From Candidatus Polarisedimenticolia bacterium (GTDB lineage Bacteria; Acidobacteriota; Polarisedimenticolia; Gp22-AA2): 64,000 nt of DNA. Positions 1-8,937 of this stretch are shown here, piece by piece. The notes under the pieces are model-generated. The model was not told where the DNA came from and did not search any database. It saw nothing but the letters and a program-made list of their open reading frames with translations. The stretch spans positions 11,466 to 75,465 of the forward strand of contig DASYUH010000040.1 of assembly GCA_036001465.1 (NCBI GenBank), read 5' to 3'. How positions within the stretch are numbered: the stretch's first letter is position 1; the number at the start of each line of letters is the position of its first letter. The translations under genes and the position numbers were made by a program.

Positions 1-2562
1 GCCTCCGACTGCTTCATAGCGTCCTTCGCCTACCACCCCGACCTGGCGGGCAGCCGCATCGCCGACCAGTGGGATTTCTATCATGGCGACGACAACCCGT
101 GCGATGACAACGGCCACGGGACGCACACGGCCGGCACGATCGGCGGCGACGGCAGCTACAAGCGCGACTTCACGGGTGTGGCGCCCGACGCCACCCTTCT
201 CATCTACAAGGACTGCTGCGACAGCTTCAACCACGGGTTCGGAGAATTCGCCAGCCTCCTGGCCCGGGCCGCGGCGCACGATGCCCAGGTGGTGGCCAAC
301 TCCTGGGGCGGCTACAACGGCGTGTACATGGTGGACGCCTACTACGCCGACAGCGCCGTGCGCGGAACCTGGAACGGCAGCAACGGCCAGCCCCGACGCA
401 TGGTGCTCACCATCTCGTCGGGAAACGACAACGACCTGAGCGCCTCTCCCGGCACCGGCAAGAACGTCATCACCGTCGGCGCCACGAAGAACGGCAACTG
501 GCCGGCCGACGCCTTCGATTGCTTCAAGTCGCCGACCTGCGAGAACGGCTGCGATTGCGACTTCGGTCCCCTGTGCGGCGACAACTACCAGCCCGAGTCC
601 GACCGCATCTGCTTCAGCAACCACGGGCTGATCGACACCGACGGGGACGGACACACGCGCATCAAGCCCGATCTCGTGGCGCCTGGCACCAACACCATGT
701 CGGCGGCCCCTTTCTATCTGCTGCCCGGCGCCCCGCTGTACCAGCTGAAGTCGGGGACCAGCATGGCGCAGCCGGTGGTCGCGGGGACGGTGGCGCTCAT
801 GCTGCAGGCGTTTCCGGTGCTCTCCCAGTGGCCGGAGGCGCTCAAGGCGAAGCTGCTCGCGACCGCCGTCGATCTGGGGGACGTGACCCAGTACGGCCAC
901 GGCATGCTGGACTCGTTCCACGCCATCTACGATGCCGACGGGCTGACCACGCCCCTGTGGGTGGCGAACGCGACGCCGGGGACCGGCTCCGAGCTGAACT
1001 ACAACTTCGCCGTGCCGGCGGGCTTCAAGGAAGTGCGCGTCGATCTCACCTGGAGCGACCCGCCGTCCCTCTCGACCGAGGTCGTGGACGACCTCGATTT
1101 GCGGATCTACGACGGCGCGGGCACCCTGGTCGGCGCCTCGGTGTCGTTCGACGACACGGTCGAATCGGTGCGGCTGAACGGGGGCACACCCGGGACCTGG
1201 CGGGCCAGCGTGCGGGGCTACAACGTCCCCGATGGAAGCGCCCAGTTCGGCCTGGCAGGGGTCGTCGTGTCGCAGTTTCCCGGTGTCGTCACCGACGCCG
1301 CCAGCGTCCAGGCCTGCATCCGCCCGGGGGACCCGTTCGTCGTGAGTTCGACCCTGTCGGGGAGCGGGGCGCCGGGCGCGGCGGGAGAGATCATCCTCGA
1401 TTTGCCCGACAACTCTTCCCAGTTCTCCCTGGAAGATGCCACCATCCAGACCAACGACCCCGGCCGCCAGCACACGTACCTGGCGAGCGAGATGGCGCAC
1501 GATGCGCCGTCGAACCGTTACTCCATGACCGTGGGGCTGGTGAGCCCCTTCGTGCAGCGCGACGTGGCGTGGGGGCTGCGCGCCGCGTCGGGCCTCCTCG
1601 AGGGGACGTACCCGCTCCCCATGCAGGGGCAGGCCTTCGGCACCTTCCCGTACGTGACGTATCCGAGCGTCACCGTCGACACGGCCCCGCCGGGGGGCGT
1701 CGGCGCCCTGACGAGCGCGGACCACGTCGAGGGGTTCTGCTCGAACGACGAGTCCGTGACGATGCAGTGGAGCCCGGCAGGCGACGGCGCCGGCTGCGGC
1801 GTCACCGGCTACAGCGTGAGCTGGAGCGCGGTCGCGCCGGCGACCCCCGACACGACCCGCGACATCGGAGCGGTCACGGATTTCACCGCCTCGCTTGCGC
1901 AGGGGGCGTCGCGATACTACTTCAACATCCGGGCCGTCGACGGCATCGGCAACTGGTCGGGCACGACGCAGTCGTGGGGGCCGATCAAGATCGACACGAC
2001 CTCCCCCGGCTACGTGACGTCGCTCACGAGCCCGACCCATCCCGTGAACGCCTGCACCGATCAGGGGTCGGTCCAGCTCCAGTGGGCCGCGGCCCCCGAC
2101 GACAATTGCGGCGTCGCGGGGTACAGCATCTCCTGGAGCGCCGACGTCCCGGAGGTCCCCGACACCGTGCGCGACATCGGGGCGGTGCAGAGCGTCCAGA
2201 CCATCCTCATGCCTTCGAATGCCCGCCGCTACTTCAACATCAGGACCGTGGACAACGCCGGGAACTGGAGCGTGGGGTCGATTCCGTACGGCCCTCTCGT
2301 GGTCGATACGATTCCGGGCGCCATCGCGAACCTGATGCTCGCGCCGGCCGGGGGGGACCTGGCGTTCGCCTGGGACGCCCGGCCGGACGCCGATTTCTAC
2401 CGCGTCTATCGCGACACCAACCCGGCCTTCCTGACGGCGACCCAGATCGGCCGCGACCTCGCGACCAACAGCCTGCTGCAGCAAGACGGCCTGGCCGGCG
2501 CCGAGCCGATCGTCTACTACCGCGTCCTCGGGACGAACGTCTGCGGAGCCCCCGGGCCCTAG
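1..2562 (+). CDS. Secreted subtilisin-like serine peptidase (S8 family), 5'-partial, with two C-terminal tandem ~75 aa Fn3/PKD-like repeats
   Basis: Frame 1 is open from nt 1. It contains the catalytic His motif NGHGTHTAGTIGG and the catalytic Ser motif GTSMAQPVVAGTVALM. Two repeats (GYSVSWSA...RYYFNIRAVD and GYSISWSA...RYFNIRTVD) lie at about nt 1795-2010 and 2104-2320. Stop TAG at 2560-2562. Confidence 0.9.
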   Translation, partial: ASDCFIASFAYHPDLAGSRIADQWDFYHGDDNPCDDNGHGTHTAGTIGGDGSYKRDFTGVAPDATLLIYKDCCDSFNHGFGEFASLLARAAAHDAQVVANSWGGYNGVYMVDAYYADSAVRGTWNGSNGQPRRMVLTISSGNDNDLSASPGTGKNVITVGATKNGNWPADAFDCFKSPTCENGCDCDFGPLCGDNYQPESDRICFSNHGLIDTDGDGHTRIKPDLVAPGTNTMSAAPFYLLPGAPLYQLKSGTSMAQPVVAGTVALMLQAFPVLSQWPEALKAKLLATAVDLGDVTQYGHGMLDSFHAIYDADGLTTPLWVANATPGTGSELNYNFAVPAGFKEVRVDLTWSDPPSLSTEVVDDLDLRIYDGAGTLVGASVSFDDTVESVRLNGGTPGTWRASVRGYNVPDGSAQFGLAGVVVSQFPGVVTDAASVQACIRPGDPFVVSSTLSGSGAPGAAGEIILDLPDNSSQFSLEDATIQTNDPGRQHTYLASEMAHDAPSNRYSMTVGLVSPFVQRDVAWGLRAASGLLEGTYPLPMQGQAFGTFPYVTYPSVTVDTAPPGGVGALTSADHVEGFCSNDESVTMQWSPAGDGAGCGVTGYSVSWSAVAPATPDTTRDIGAVTDFTASLAQGASRYYFNIRAVDGIGNWSGTTQSWGPIKIDTTSPGYVTSLTSPTHPVNACTDQGSVQLQWAAAPDDNCGVAGYSISWSADVPEVPDTVRDIGAVQSVQTILMPSNARRYFNIRTVDNAGNWSVGSIPYGPLVVDTIPGAIANLMLAPAGGDLAFAWDARPDADFYRVYRDTNPAFLTATQIGRDLATNSLLQQDGLAGAEPIVYYRVLGTNVCGAPGP

Positions 2563-2599
2563 GCTCGTCGCCGTCCTTCATCACGACTATCATATTGAG

Positions 2600-3217
2600 A
2601 TGCTGCGACGAAGCCTGAAACGGGCCACTTCGGCCGCGATCCTCGTTCTTCTGGGGGCGGCCGCACCGGCGGCTCAGGTTGACGAGCCGCTCTATCCGGA
2701 TCTCCCGAACTTCCACAAGGTCGACGAGCATCTCCTTCGCGGCGGACAGCCGGGGGCCGGCGGTGTCGCCAGGCTCAAGGCCCTCGGAGTGCGCACCATC
2801 GTCAACCTGCGCCACGAGCCGGCGCGCGTGAAAGCCGAAATGGATGAAGCGGCGGCGGCCGGGCTCCGGTACTTCAGCGTTCCGATGTACGGTCTGGTCA
2901 GGCCGACCTCCGAACAGGTCGCCCGCGTCCTGGGCCTCATCGGCGACAAGGACAACTGGCCCGTCTTCATCCACTGCAAGGCGGGGGCGGACCGGACGGG
3001 GGTGATCGTCGCCTGCTATCGCGTCGCCCAAGCCGGATGGACGGCCGAGAAGGCGATCCGGGAGGCCCTCGACTACGGGATGATGAGGATCGAATTCGCG
3101 AAGCGATCGTTCGTCAGGGATTTCTACGCGAGCCTGCAGAGCGCCGGCGGGAGGATGGCGCATGACGGCTTGGCCCATCCCGTCCCAGCGATGCCCCATG
3201 CAGGTCCCGAGCGATGA
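2600..3217 (+). CDS. Secreted CX5R protein phosphatase, PFA-DSP/Siw14-like (tyrosine/dual-specificity phosphatase fold)
   Basis: N-terminal signal peptide (MLRRSLKRATSAAILVLLGAAAPAAQ). P-loop HCKAGADRTGV matches the HCxxGxxRTG signature of plant/fungal atypical DSPs. ATG start; stop overlaps the next start (ATGA). Confidence 0.75.
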   Translation: MLRRSLKRATSAAILVLLGAAAPAAQVDEPLYPDLPNFHKVDEHLLRGGQPGAGGVARLKALGVRTIVNLRHEPARVKAEMDEAAAAGLRYFSVPMYGLVRPTSEQVARVLGLIGDKDNWPVFIHCKAGADRTGVIVACYRVAQAGWTAEKAIREALDYGMMRIEFAKRSFVRDFYASLQSAGGRMAHDGLAHPVPAMPHAGPER

Positions 3218-4161
3218 GAACGTGCGGCGTCCTGCTCCTGATCACGGCCCTCGCCTTCGCACCCGCACTGGGCCACCCGACCCAGGCGTCTCTTCCTGCC
3301 GCCACGACCGCCGAATCGATGTCGTGCCTCTGGGTGAAGCCGGCCGATATCTCGTCGCGCAACCTGTTCTACGGCCCGGGCGGCGCGGGCCTCGTTCCGC
3401 GGCCGGATGTCGCCTACCGGTTCCAGGACCTGGATACGACCGGGCACTCGGGTGGATATGACGTCCAGGATCCGCAGGGGCGGACGTGGGACGTGAAGAT
3501 TGGCGACGAGGCGCAGTCCGAGACCGTGGTGTCGCGCATTCTGTGGGCGATAGGTTATCACCAGCCGGCCACCTACTACGTCCCGAGGTGGCGCATGATC
3601 GGCGGCCCCACGGCGAGGCCCGAGCCCGGGCGATTCCGGTTCGAATCCGACCACAAGAAGGACGGCGAATGGTCCTGGCAGGAGAATCCCTTCGTGGGCA
3701 GCGTGCCCTATCGGGGCCTGGTGATCGCGAACCTTCTGCTGAACAACTGGGATCTTGCGGCCGAGAACAACCGGATCTACAGAGTCAAGGATGCCTCCGG
3801 GCGCCGCGCGACGTGGTTCGTCGTGCAGGACCTGGGCGCGGCGCTCGGCAAGAGCCGCTGGCCTCTGGGCAGTCGCAACGTCATCGAGGACTTCGAGAGC
3901 CAGGATCTCGTCATGGATTTCGAGAACGGCCGCGTGACGTTCGATTTCCACTCCCGGCACAAGGAGCTGTTGAAGGAGATCACCGCGGCGGACGTCGTGT
4001 GGACCTGCCGTCTGATGGCCCGGCTCACGGACAGGCAGCTTCACGATGCGTTCCGGGCGGCGGGGTACACGCGGGACGTGCGGGAGCGATTCGTCCGCAA
4101 GATCAAGCAGAAGATCCGGCAGGGGCTCGCGCTCGAGACGCGTACCGGGGGGGCGGTGTGA
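3214..4161 (+). CDS. Secreted atypical protein-kinase-like protein, putative CotH-like
   Basis: Signal peptide present. Kinase-like motifs in order: Gly-rich GHSGGY; candidate beta3 Lys in TWDVKIG; candidate alphaC Glu in SETVVSRILWA; catalytic-loop-like LLLNNWDLAAENNRIY (NWDxxxxNN as recalled for CotH); DFG-like VVQDLG. The family call is an inference. ATGA overlap with the upstream phosphatase gene and GTGA overlap with the downstream gene. Confidence 0.55.
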   Translation: MRTCGVLLLITALAFAPALGHPTQASLPAATTAESMSCLWVKPADISSRNLFYGPGGAGLVPRPDVAYRFQDLDTTGHSGGYDVQDPQGRTWDVKIGDEAQSETVVSRILWAIGYHQPATYYVPRWRMIGGPTARPEPGRFRFESDHKKDGEWSWQENPFVGSVPYRGLVIANLLLNNWDLAAENNRIYRVKDASGRRATWFVVQDLGAALGKSRWPLGSRNVIEDFESQDLVMDFENGRVTFDFHSRHKELLKEITAADVVWTCRLMARLTDRQLHDAFRAAGYTRDVRERFVRKIKQKIRQGLALETRTGGAV

Positions 4162-4949
4162 GGCGCCTTCTTTCGGCTGCGCGCCTCCATCCGCTCCGGG
4201 TCGCGATCGGGATCGTCGGCGTCTTCGCCGTGGTCGCCGTCACGCACGTGTCTCGGGGCCAGGGCTCCTCCCCGGCCGAGGTGCACGAGCTGCGCGACCT
4301 GAACGTCACGGCGCAGGATCTTCTCGAAGAGCTGCAGGCCGCCGCCGTGCGCCTGCCGCTGGCGGCCGCCCTGGGAACGATGCTCGCGCTGCGCCCGAGA
4401 CGCCGCGGCACGCCCATCCGGGACGCGGCGGTCGTGCAGACCCAGATCGTCCTGGCCGCCGTCGGCGCCGTGATCATGCTGATCGTCGGAGCCAGCCTGG
4501 CGCGCGCCTTCGCCGTGGTGGGCGTGGCCAGCCTGATCCGCTACCGATCGAAGGTCAACAACCCCAAGGACGCCGTCGTGATGCTGTCGTCGCTTGCGGT
4601 GGGACTGGCGTCGGGCGTCGGTGTGATCGGACTGGCCGTCTTCTCGACCCTGTTCCTCGTCGCCATCTTGTGGGTGATCGAGGGCTTCGAGCCGCGGACG
4701 CGGGTCTTCGAGCTGTCGGTGAAGCTCGGGGACAGGACCGCGGAGCTGAGGCCGAGGATCGAGGCGGTGCTGCGCGGCTTCAAGGCCGCCTACGAGCTGC
4801 GCGCCGTATCGGCGGAGGAGGCGTCGTACCACGTGACCGCGCCGCACGAGATGCGCACCGATCGCGCCTCCCAGGCCTTGACGGCGCTGGTGCCGGACGA
4901 ACAGGGCGCCGTCGTATGGAACGAGAACCCGACGACGACGCAGAAGTAG
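4158..4949 (+). CDS. DUF4956-family membrane protein
   Basis: GTG start overlaps the previous stop. Multi-TM protein with a motif I recognise as DUF4956-like (IRYRSKVNNPKDAVVMLSSLAVGLASGVG). The upstream part of ORF 3486-4949 is rejected as an extension. Confidence 0.6.
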   Translation: MRRLLSAARLHPLRVAIGIVGVFAVVAVTHVSRGQGSSPAEVHELRDLNVTAQDLLEELQAAAVRLPLAAALGTMLALRPRRRGTPIRDAAVVQTQIVLAAVGAVIMLIVGASLARAFAVVGVASLIRYRSKVNNPKDAVVMLSSLAVGLASGVGVIGLAVFSTLFLVAILWVIEGFEPRTRVFELSVKLGDRTAELRPRIEAVLRGFKAAYELRAVSAEEASYHVTAPHEMRTDRASQALTALVPDEQGAVVWNENPTTTQK

Positions 4950-5010
4950 CGAGACCGTATAATGCGGGACGCCGCGACCGACAGAAGCGCCACGTGCATC
5001 GAGGTGAGAC

Positions 5011-5229
5011 ATGAGCAGAGTCAAAGTCATCGCGATCGTCTTGATTGTGGCCGGGGTCCTGGGGCTGGTCTACGACAGGTTCACCTATACCCAGGAGTCC
5101 CACGACCTCAAGATCGGCTCGCTCGAGGTGTCCGTCAAGGACAAGGAGACGGTCAACATCCCGATGTGGTGCAGCGTGGGGGCGATCGCGCTCGGCGCCC
5201 TCCTGTTGCTCGGCCGGATGAAGGCCTGA
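5011..5229 (+). CDS. Small two-TM membrane protein (DUF3185-like)
   Basis: 72 aa with two hydrophobic helices. SD-like GAGGTGA lies 9 nt upstream of the ATG. Confidence 0.45.
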   Translation: MSRVKVIAIVLIVAGVLGLVYDRFTYTQESHDLKIGSLEVSVKDKETVNIPMWCSVGAIALGALLLLGRMKA

Positions 5230-5259
5230 TGAACCGGGTGTGCCAGGCCAGGTCGAGGG

Positions 5260-5937
5260 TCACTTCCAGATGCACGCATCCAGGCCGTCACGCTGGACCT
5301 CCGTGATGCGATCGATGAGAGCGCGCGTGCGGCTCTCGACATAGGGTCCCGCGTCCACCACGCGCCAGTCCTCGGGATCGGGCAGCACCGCGGCCAGCCG
5401 GGCGGCCTCGGCCTCATCCAGCCGGGCCGCCGGCTTGTGGAAGTAATATTCGGCGGCCGCTTCGGCGCCGAATACCCTGGGCCCGAACTGCACCTCGTTG
5501 AGATAGATCTCGAGAATCCGCCGCTTGGACCACAGCGCCTCGATCATCACCGTGAGATAGGTCTCGAGCCCCTTGCGCAGCCAGTTGCGATGGGGGGTGA
5601 GGAACACGTTCTTCGCCGTCTGCTGGCTGATCGTGCTGCCGCCGCGCACGCGCCGCCCCCGGTCGTTCTGGCGTATCGCTTTTCCGATGGCCTGCCAATC
5701 GAACCCGTGATGCGTGCAGAACGTGTCGTCCTCGGCGCCGATGGTGGCGCGGACGAGCGCCGGGGATATGCCCTCGAGGGGCGTCCAGACTTTGTAGATC
5801 GTGCCCTTCCTCCACCACGTGGACACGGCGAGCGGCGTGGTCGGCGGCGGCAGGAAGCGGTAGACGAGCGTCAGGCACACCGGCAGCGCGACGAGCGGCA
5901 CGAACACGACGAGGACGATACGGCGCGCCCACGACAT
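5260..5937 (-). CDS. mtgA: Monofunctional biosynthetic peptidoglycan transglycosylase
   Basis: GT51 motifs (IGAEDDTFCTHHGFD, RGGSTISQQTAKNVFL, EIYLNEVQFG) and an N-terminal TM helix. Start chosen at MSWARR (5937), which has a GGAGG SD. An alternative ATG lies at 5988. Confidence 0.85.
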   Translation of the reverse strand: MSWARRIVLVVFVPLVALPVCLTLVYRFLPPPTTPLAVSTWWRKGTIYKVWTPLEGISPALVRATIGAEDDTFCTHHGFDWQAIGKAIRQNDRGRRVRGGSTISQQTAKNVFLTPHRNWLRKGLETYLTVMIEALWSKRRILEIYLNEVQFGPRVFGAEAAAEYYFHKPAARLDEAEAARLAAVLPDPEDWRVVDAGPYVESRTRALIDRITEVQRDGLDACIWK

Positions 5938-6260
5938 CCGCGCGCCTCCGTGGCCCGACCACAGCCGATGCAGAAGTCTCGTGCTCATCGCCGCTGCCGC
6001 GATCCTGGGCGGCACGAATCGGACAGTGACCGCACGCCCACCGCATTCTAGATGAAAGTGCCCGACGGAGAAGGGAGGGGCGCCAGGCGCAACCTCCGAG
6101 CGCGAAGAACACATAGTGGCGCCGAGAGTGTGGAGAAGAGAGGCGTTCACGGGCGGGAACTGTCCTGTCTTGGGAGTTCACCCGCGAACGGGGCAATGGC
6201 CCTACTCGGGTGCGGCTCCAGGTTCCGGTGTAAGCTCGATTCTGGCCCGCATCTTGATAG

Positions 6261-7421
6261 ATGCCGGTCATGGACCGCGCCGTCATCGTCGAGTTGGTGC
6301 GCCCGGAATCCTTCGTTCCTGCCTTCTGCCCGTGGCCGGAGTGCGCTGAGCACCGGCGACGTACCGGGACCTTTCGCTGTCTTCCCCACGGCTCCTACCG
6401 GCGGCGATGCGACGGTCGGGTCGTGCCCCGGTTCCGCTGCCTCAGCTGCGGTCGCACCTTCTCCCAGCAGAGCTTCGCGTTTTCCTATTACCTGAAGCGT
6501 CCGGAGCTGAGCCGGCCCATCGCCGCCGGCCTGGTGGCCGGCTCGGCGCATCGCCAGATCGCCCGCAGCCTCGGCTGCCACCACAGCACGGTCACCCGGC
6601 GCTCCCGCCGGTTGGGGCGCCATGCCCTGCTGCTGCACCAGACGGCACTTCAGGAGCTCGCCGTCGCCGAGCCGATCATCGTCGATGATTTCGACAGCTT
6701 CGCGGGGTCGCAGTATTTCCCCTGCACGCTGCCCACGGCCACTGGTTCGAACTCCTGGTTCCTCTATGGATTCGCCTTCGCCCGGGAGAGACGCCGGGGA
6801 ACCATGAGCCCCACGCAGAAGAAGCGCCGCACAAGTCTTGAGCGACTCTACGGCCGCCCCCCGCACGGCTCGGTCACGGCCGCGTTTTGCTCGCTGCTCC
6901 GGGCGCTTCCGCCAGCCCGGGGCCGGCTGCGCATCGTCGCCGACGACGACCCGGCGATAAGGCGTGCCGCGAGCGCACTCCCGCACCTGCATCTGAGCGC
7001 CTACCCAAACCCGGTGCGTGGCCCCAAGGGCAGCCGCCGCACTCTCGAGGCCCGCCAACGGGACCGGGCGATGTTCCCGAACGACCAGCTGCACCGCTTC
7101 CTGCGCCACAGCCAGGCCGCCCACCGGCGCGAGACCATCGCCTTCGGGCGCAGCTACAACGGCCTGGTCGACCGACTGGCCCTGTTCGTGGTGTGGCGCA
7201 ACCTGGTGCAGGCCCGCTCGGAGCGGCATCCAAGAGATGGCACCACCGCAATGCGGCTCCGGCTCACGACCCGGCCCTGGAGCTGGGGCCAGGTGCTGGC
7301 GGAGCGGCTCCACGTCGGCCGAATCCAGGCAGGTCACGAAGTGATGCGGCATTATCGCAGGGAGCTGGTCATCCCCTCCCTGCCGAACGAGCAGCGTCAC
7401 ACCCTGGTACGCGCCTTCTGA
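6261..7421 (+). CDS. IS1/IS1595-like transposase (N-terminal zinc ribbon + HTH, C-terminal catalytic region)
   Basis: Zinc ribbon CPWPEC...FRCLSCGRTFSQQS resembles the IS1 InsA / IS1595 Zn_Tnp motif. HTH at IARSLGCHHSTVTRRSRRLG. Acidic cluster IIVDDFDSF. Single copy in the window; inverted repeats not confidently identified. Confidence 0.5.
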   Translation: MPVMDRAVIVELVRPESFVPAFCPWPECAEHRRRTGTFRCLPHGSYRRRCDGRVVPRFRCLSCGRTFSQQSFAFSYYLKRPELSRPIAAGLVAGSAHRQIARSLGCHHSTVTRRSRRLGRHALLLHQTALQELAVAEPIIVDDFDSFAGSQYFPCTLPTATGSNSWFLYGFAFARERRRGTMSPTQKKRRTSLERLYGRPPHGSVTAAFCSLLRALPPARGRLRIVADDDPAIRRAASALPHLHLSAYPNPVRGPKGSRRTLEARQRDRAMFPNDQLHRFLRHSQAAHRRETIAFGRSYNGLVDRLALFVVWRNLVQARSERHPRDGTTAMRLRLTTRPWSWGQVLAERLHVGRIQAGHEVMRHYRRELVIPSLPNEQRHTLVRAF

Positions 7422-7492
7422 TGCGAAATCGCCTCTAGAGAACACACTCCACTCTTACTTGCTTCCACACTCTCAGCGCCACCATGCACCTC

Positions 7493-7945
7493 TCAGGGCC
7501 AGCGGCAGGCGCGCAACCCACGGCGGGAGCGATCGGCCACGATCGCCAGCAGGCGCCGGTCGAGGCCGAGGTGCGCCGCGATGCGCACCTCGAGGCCGGC
7601 GTGGCGTCTCCGCGCCGCGACCGCCGCTTTCGGCAGGTCGCGGCGGACGTGCCCTCCGAGGTACAGAAAGTAGGGGACGATCAGGATGCGGGTCGCCCCC
7701 CGGGCGACGCAGCGGTCGATGCCGGCCCTGATGTCGGGCGTCGCGGCCTCGAGGTACGCGATCTCGACGGCGCGGCCGGGGAACAGGGGGCGGAGCCCCC
7801 GGGCGAGGTCACGCAGCAGGCGATTGGCGGAGGCGACCCGGCTGCCGTGTCCGATGACGAGGAGCGCTGCACGCCGGACGCGCGGCCGGGCCGCACGCCG
7901 CGCATGCTGCGGGGCCGCCCGCCGCCCACTGGCCTTTCGTCTCAT
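7493..7945 (-). CDS. cbiX: Sirohydrochlorin chelatase, small CbiX-type
   Basis: LLVIGHGSR motif and ~150 aa size. ATGA overlap with ygfZ upstream. Confidence 0.7.
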   Translation of the reverse strand: MRRKASGRRAAPQHARRAARPRVRRAALLVIGHGSRVASANRLLRDLARGLRPLFPGRAVEIAYLEAATPDIRAGIDRCVARGATRILIVPYFLYLGGHVRRDLPKAAVAARRRHAGLEVRIAAHLGLDRRLLAIVADRSRRGLRACRWP

Positions 7946-8937
7946 CGCGCCGGACCCAGGACGCGCGCGCGCAGGCGTCTGCCGCCGTCGGTCACCTCGA
8001 CCACCTCCCGGCCGGCATCCTCGTCCCGCAGGTACGCAAGGGCCACCACGCGGTCCTCTCCCGGGACCACGGCCGCGCTGGTCAAGGAGCCGATCGTCTC
8101 CCCCCCCGACTCGATCGGCGATCCCGGCGCCGGCAGGCCGTCCCGGATCTCCAGTCGCACCAGGCAACGCGAGACCTTCTTGTAGGTGTTCAGGCGCGCG
8201 ATCACCTCCTGACCGACGTAGCACCCCTTGTTCAGCGAGATGGCGTCGTGGAGCCGCGCCTCCCAGGGGTTGTATTCCTCGGTCAGCTCGCGGCCGGCCA
8301 GGGGGAGGCCGGCTTCGATGCGGAGCGCCTCGATGCATTCGGGGCCCGCCACGAGGAGTCCGGGGGAATGGTCCAGGATCCCCTGCCGCAGCGCGGGGAG
8401 CGCGTCGGCCCCGGCGGTCAAGTGAAACCCGCCACCCCCAAGAGGGAACGTGCGCGCCAGGATCGCCGTGGATCCCGAGAACCCGACGGCTGTCGCATGG
8501 TGCACTGGCCGCTCCGCGGCCTCCGGCCCGAACAGGGCCGCGGCCCGCTCCGAGGCGCGGGCTCCGTAGAGCCCGAGGGTGCCGTGGGAGCGCTCCAGGT
8601 CCCGGACCTTCACGTCCTCGCGGAACGTGTAGCGATCGATGTAGGCGACGACGACGGCGCTCCGACCCGGACCGGTGAGGCAGAGAAGGCGATCGTCGAG
8701 GTGATGCAGGACGACCAGATCGACGAGACGTCCCTTGTTCGTGACGAAGGCGGTCGCGGTCCCCTGCCCCGGAGCGAGGCCGCGCACGTCGTTGGTGGTG
8801 AGGCGGTGCAGGAGATCGGCGGCGTCCTTCCCGGTAATTTCGAGGCGGCCCAGGTCCGTCCGATCGGCGAGGACGGCATCCGCGCGCGCCGCGCGGTACT
8901 CGGCGGCGGGATCTCCGGGCGTGCCCTCCATGGTCAT
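7942..8937 (-). CDS. ygfZ: Folate-binding Fe-S cluster repair protein YgfZ (GcvT-like aminomethyltransferase fold)
   Basis: KGCYVGQE signature and GcvT-like N-domain. ATG at 8937 overlaps the stop of the upstream gene. Confidence 0.75.
   Translation of the reverse strand: MTMEGTPGDPAAEYRAARADAVLADRTDLGRLEITGKDAADLLHRLTTNDVRGLAPGQGTATAFVTNKGRLVDLVVLHHLDDRLLCLTGPGRSAVVVAYIDRYTFREDVKVRDLERSHGTLGLYGARASERAAALFGPEAAERPVHHATAVGFSGSTAILARTFPLGGGGFHLTAGADALPALRQGILDHSPGLLVAGPECIEALRIEAGLPLAGRELTEEYNPWEARLHDAISLNKGCYVGQEVIARLNTYKKVSRCLVRLEIRDGLPAPGSPIESGGETIGSLTSAAVVPGEDRVVALAYLRDEDAGREVVEVTDGGRRLRARVLGPAR

Noticed and set aside
3486-4157. N-terminal 224 codons of ORF 3486-4949 as an extension of the DUF4956 gene.
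   Set aside because: It overlaps the kinase-like gene in another frame, is Arg/Gly-rich and low-complexity, and a GTG at 4158 overlapping the upstream stop gives a typical coupled start.
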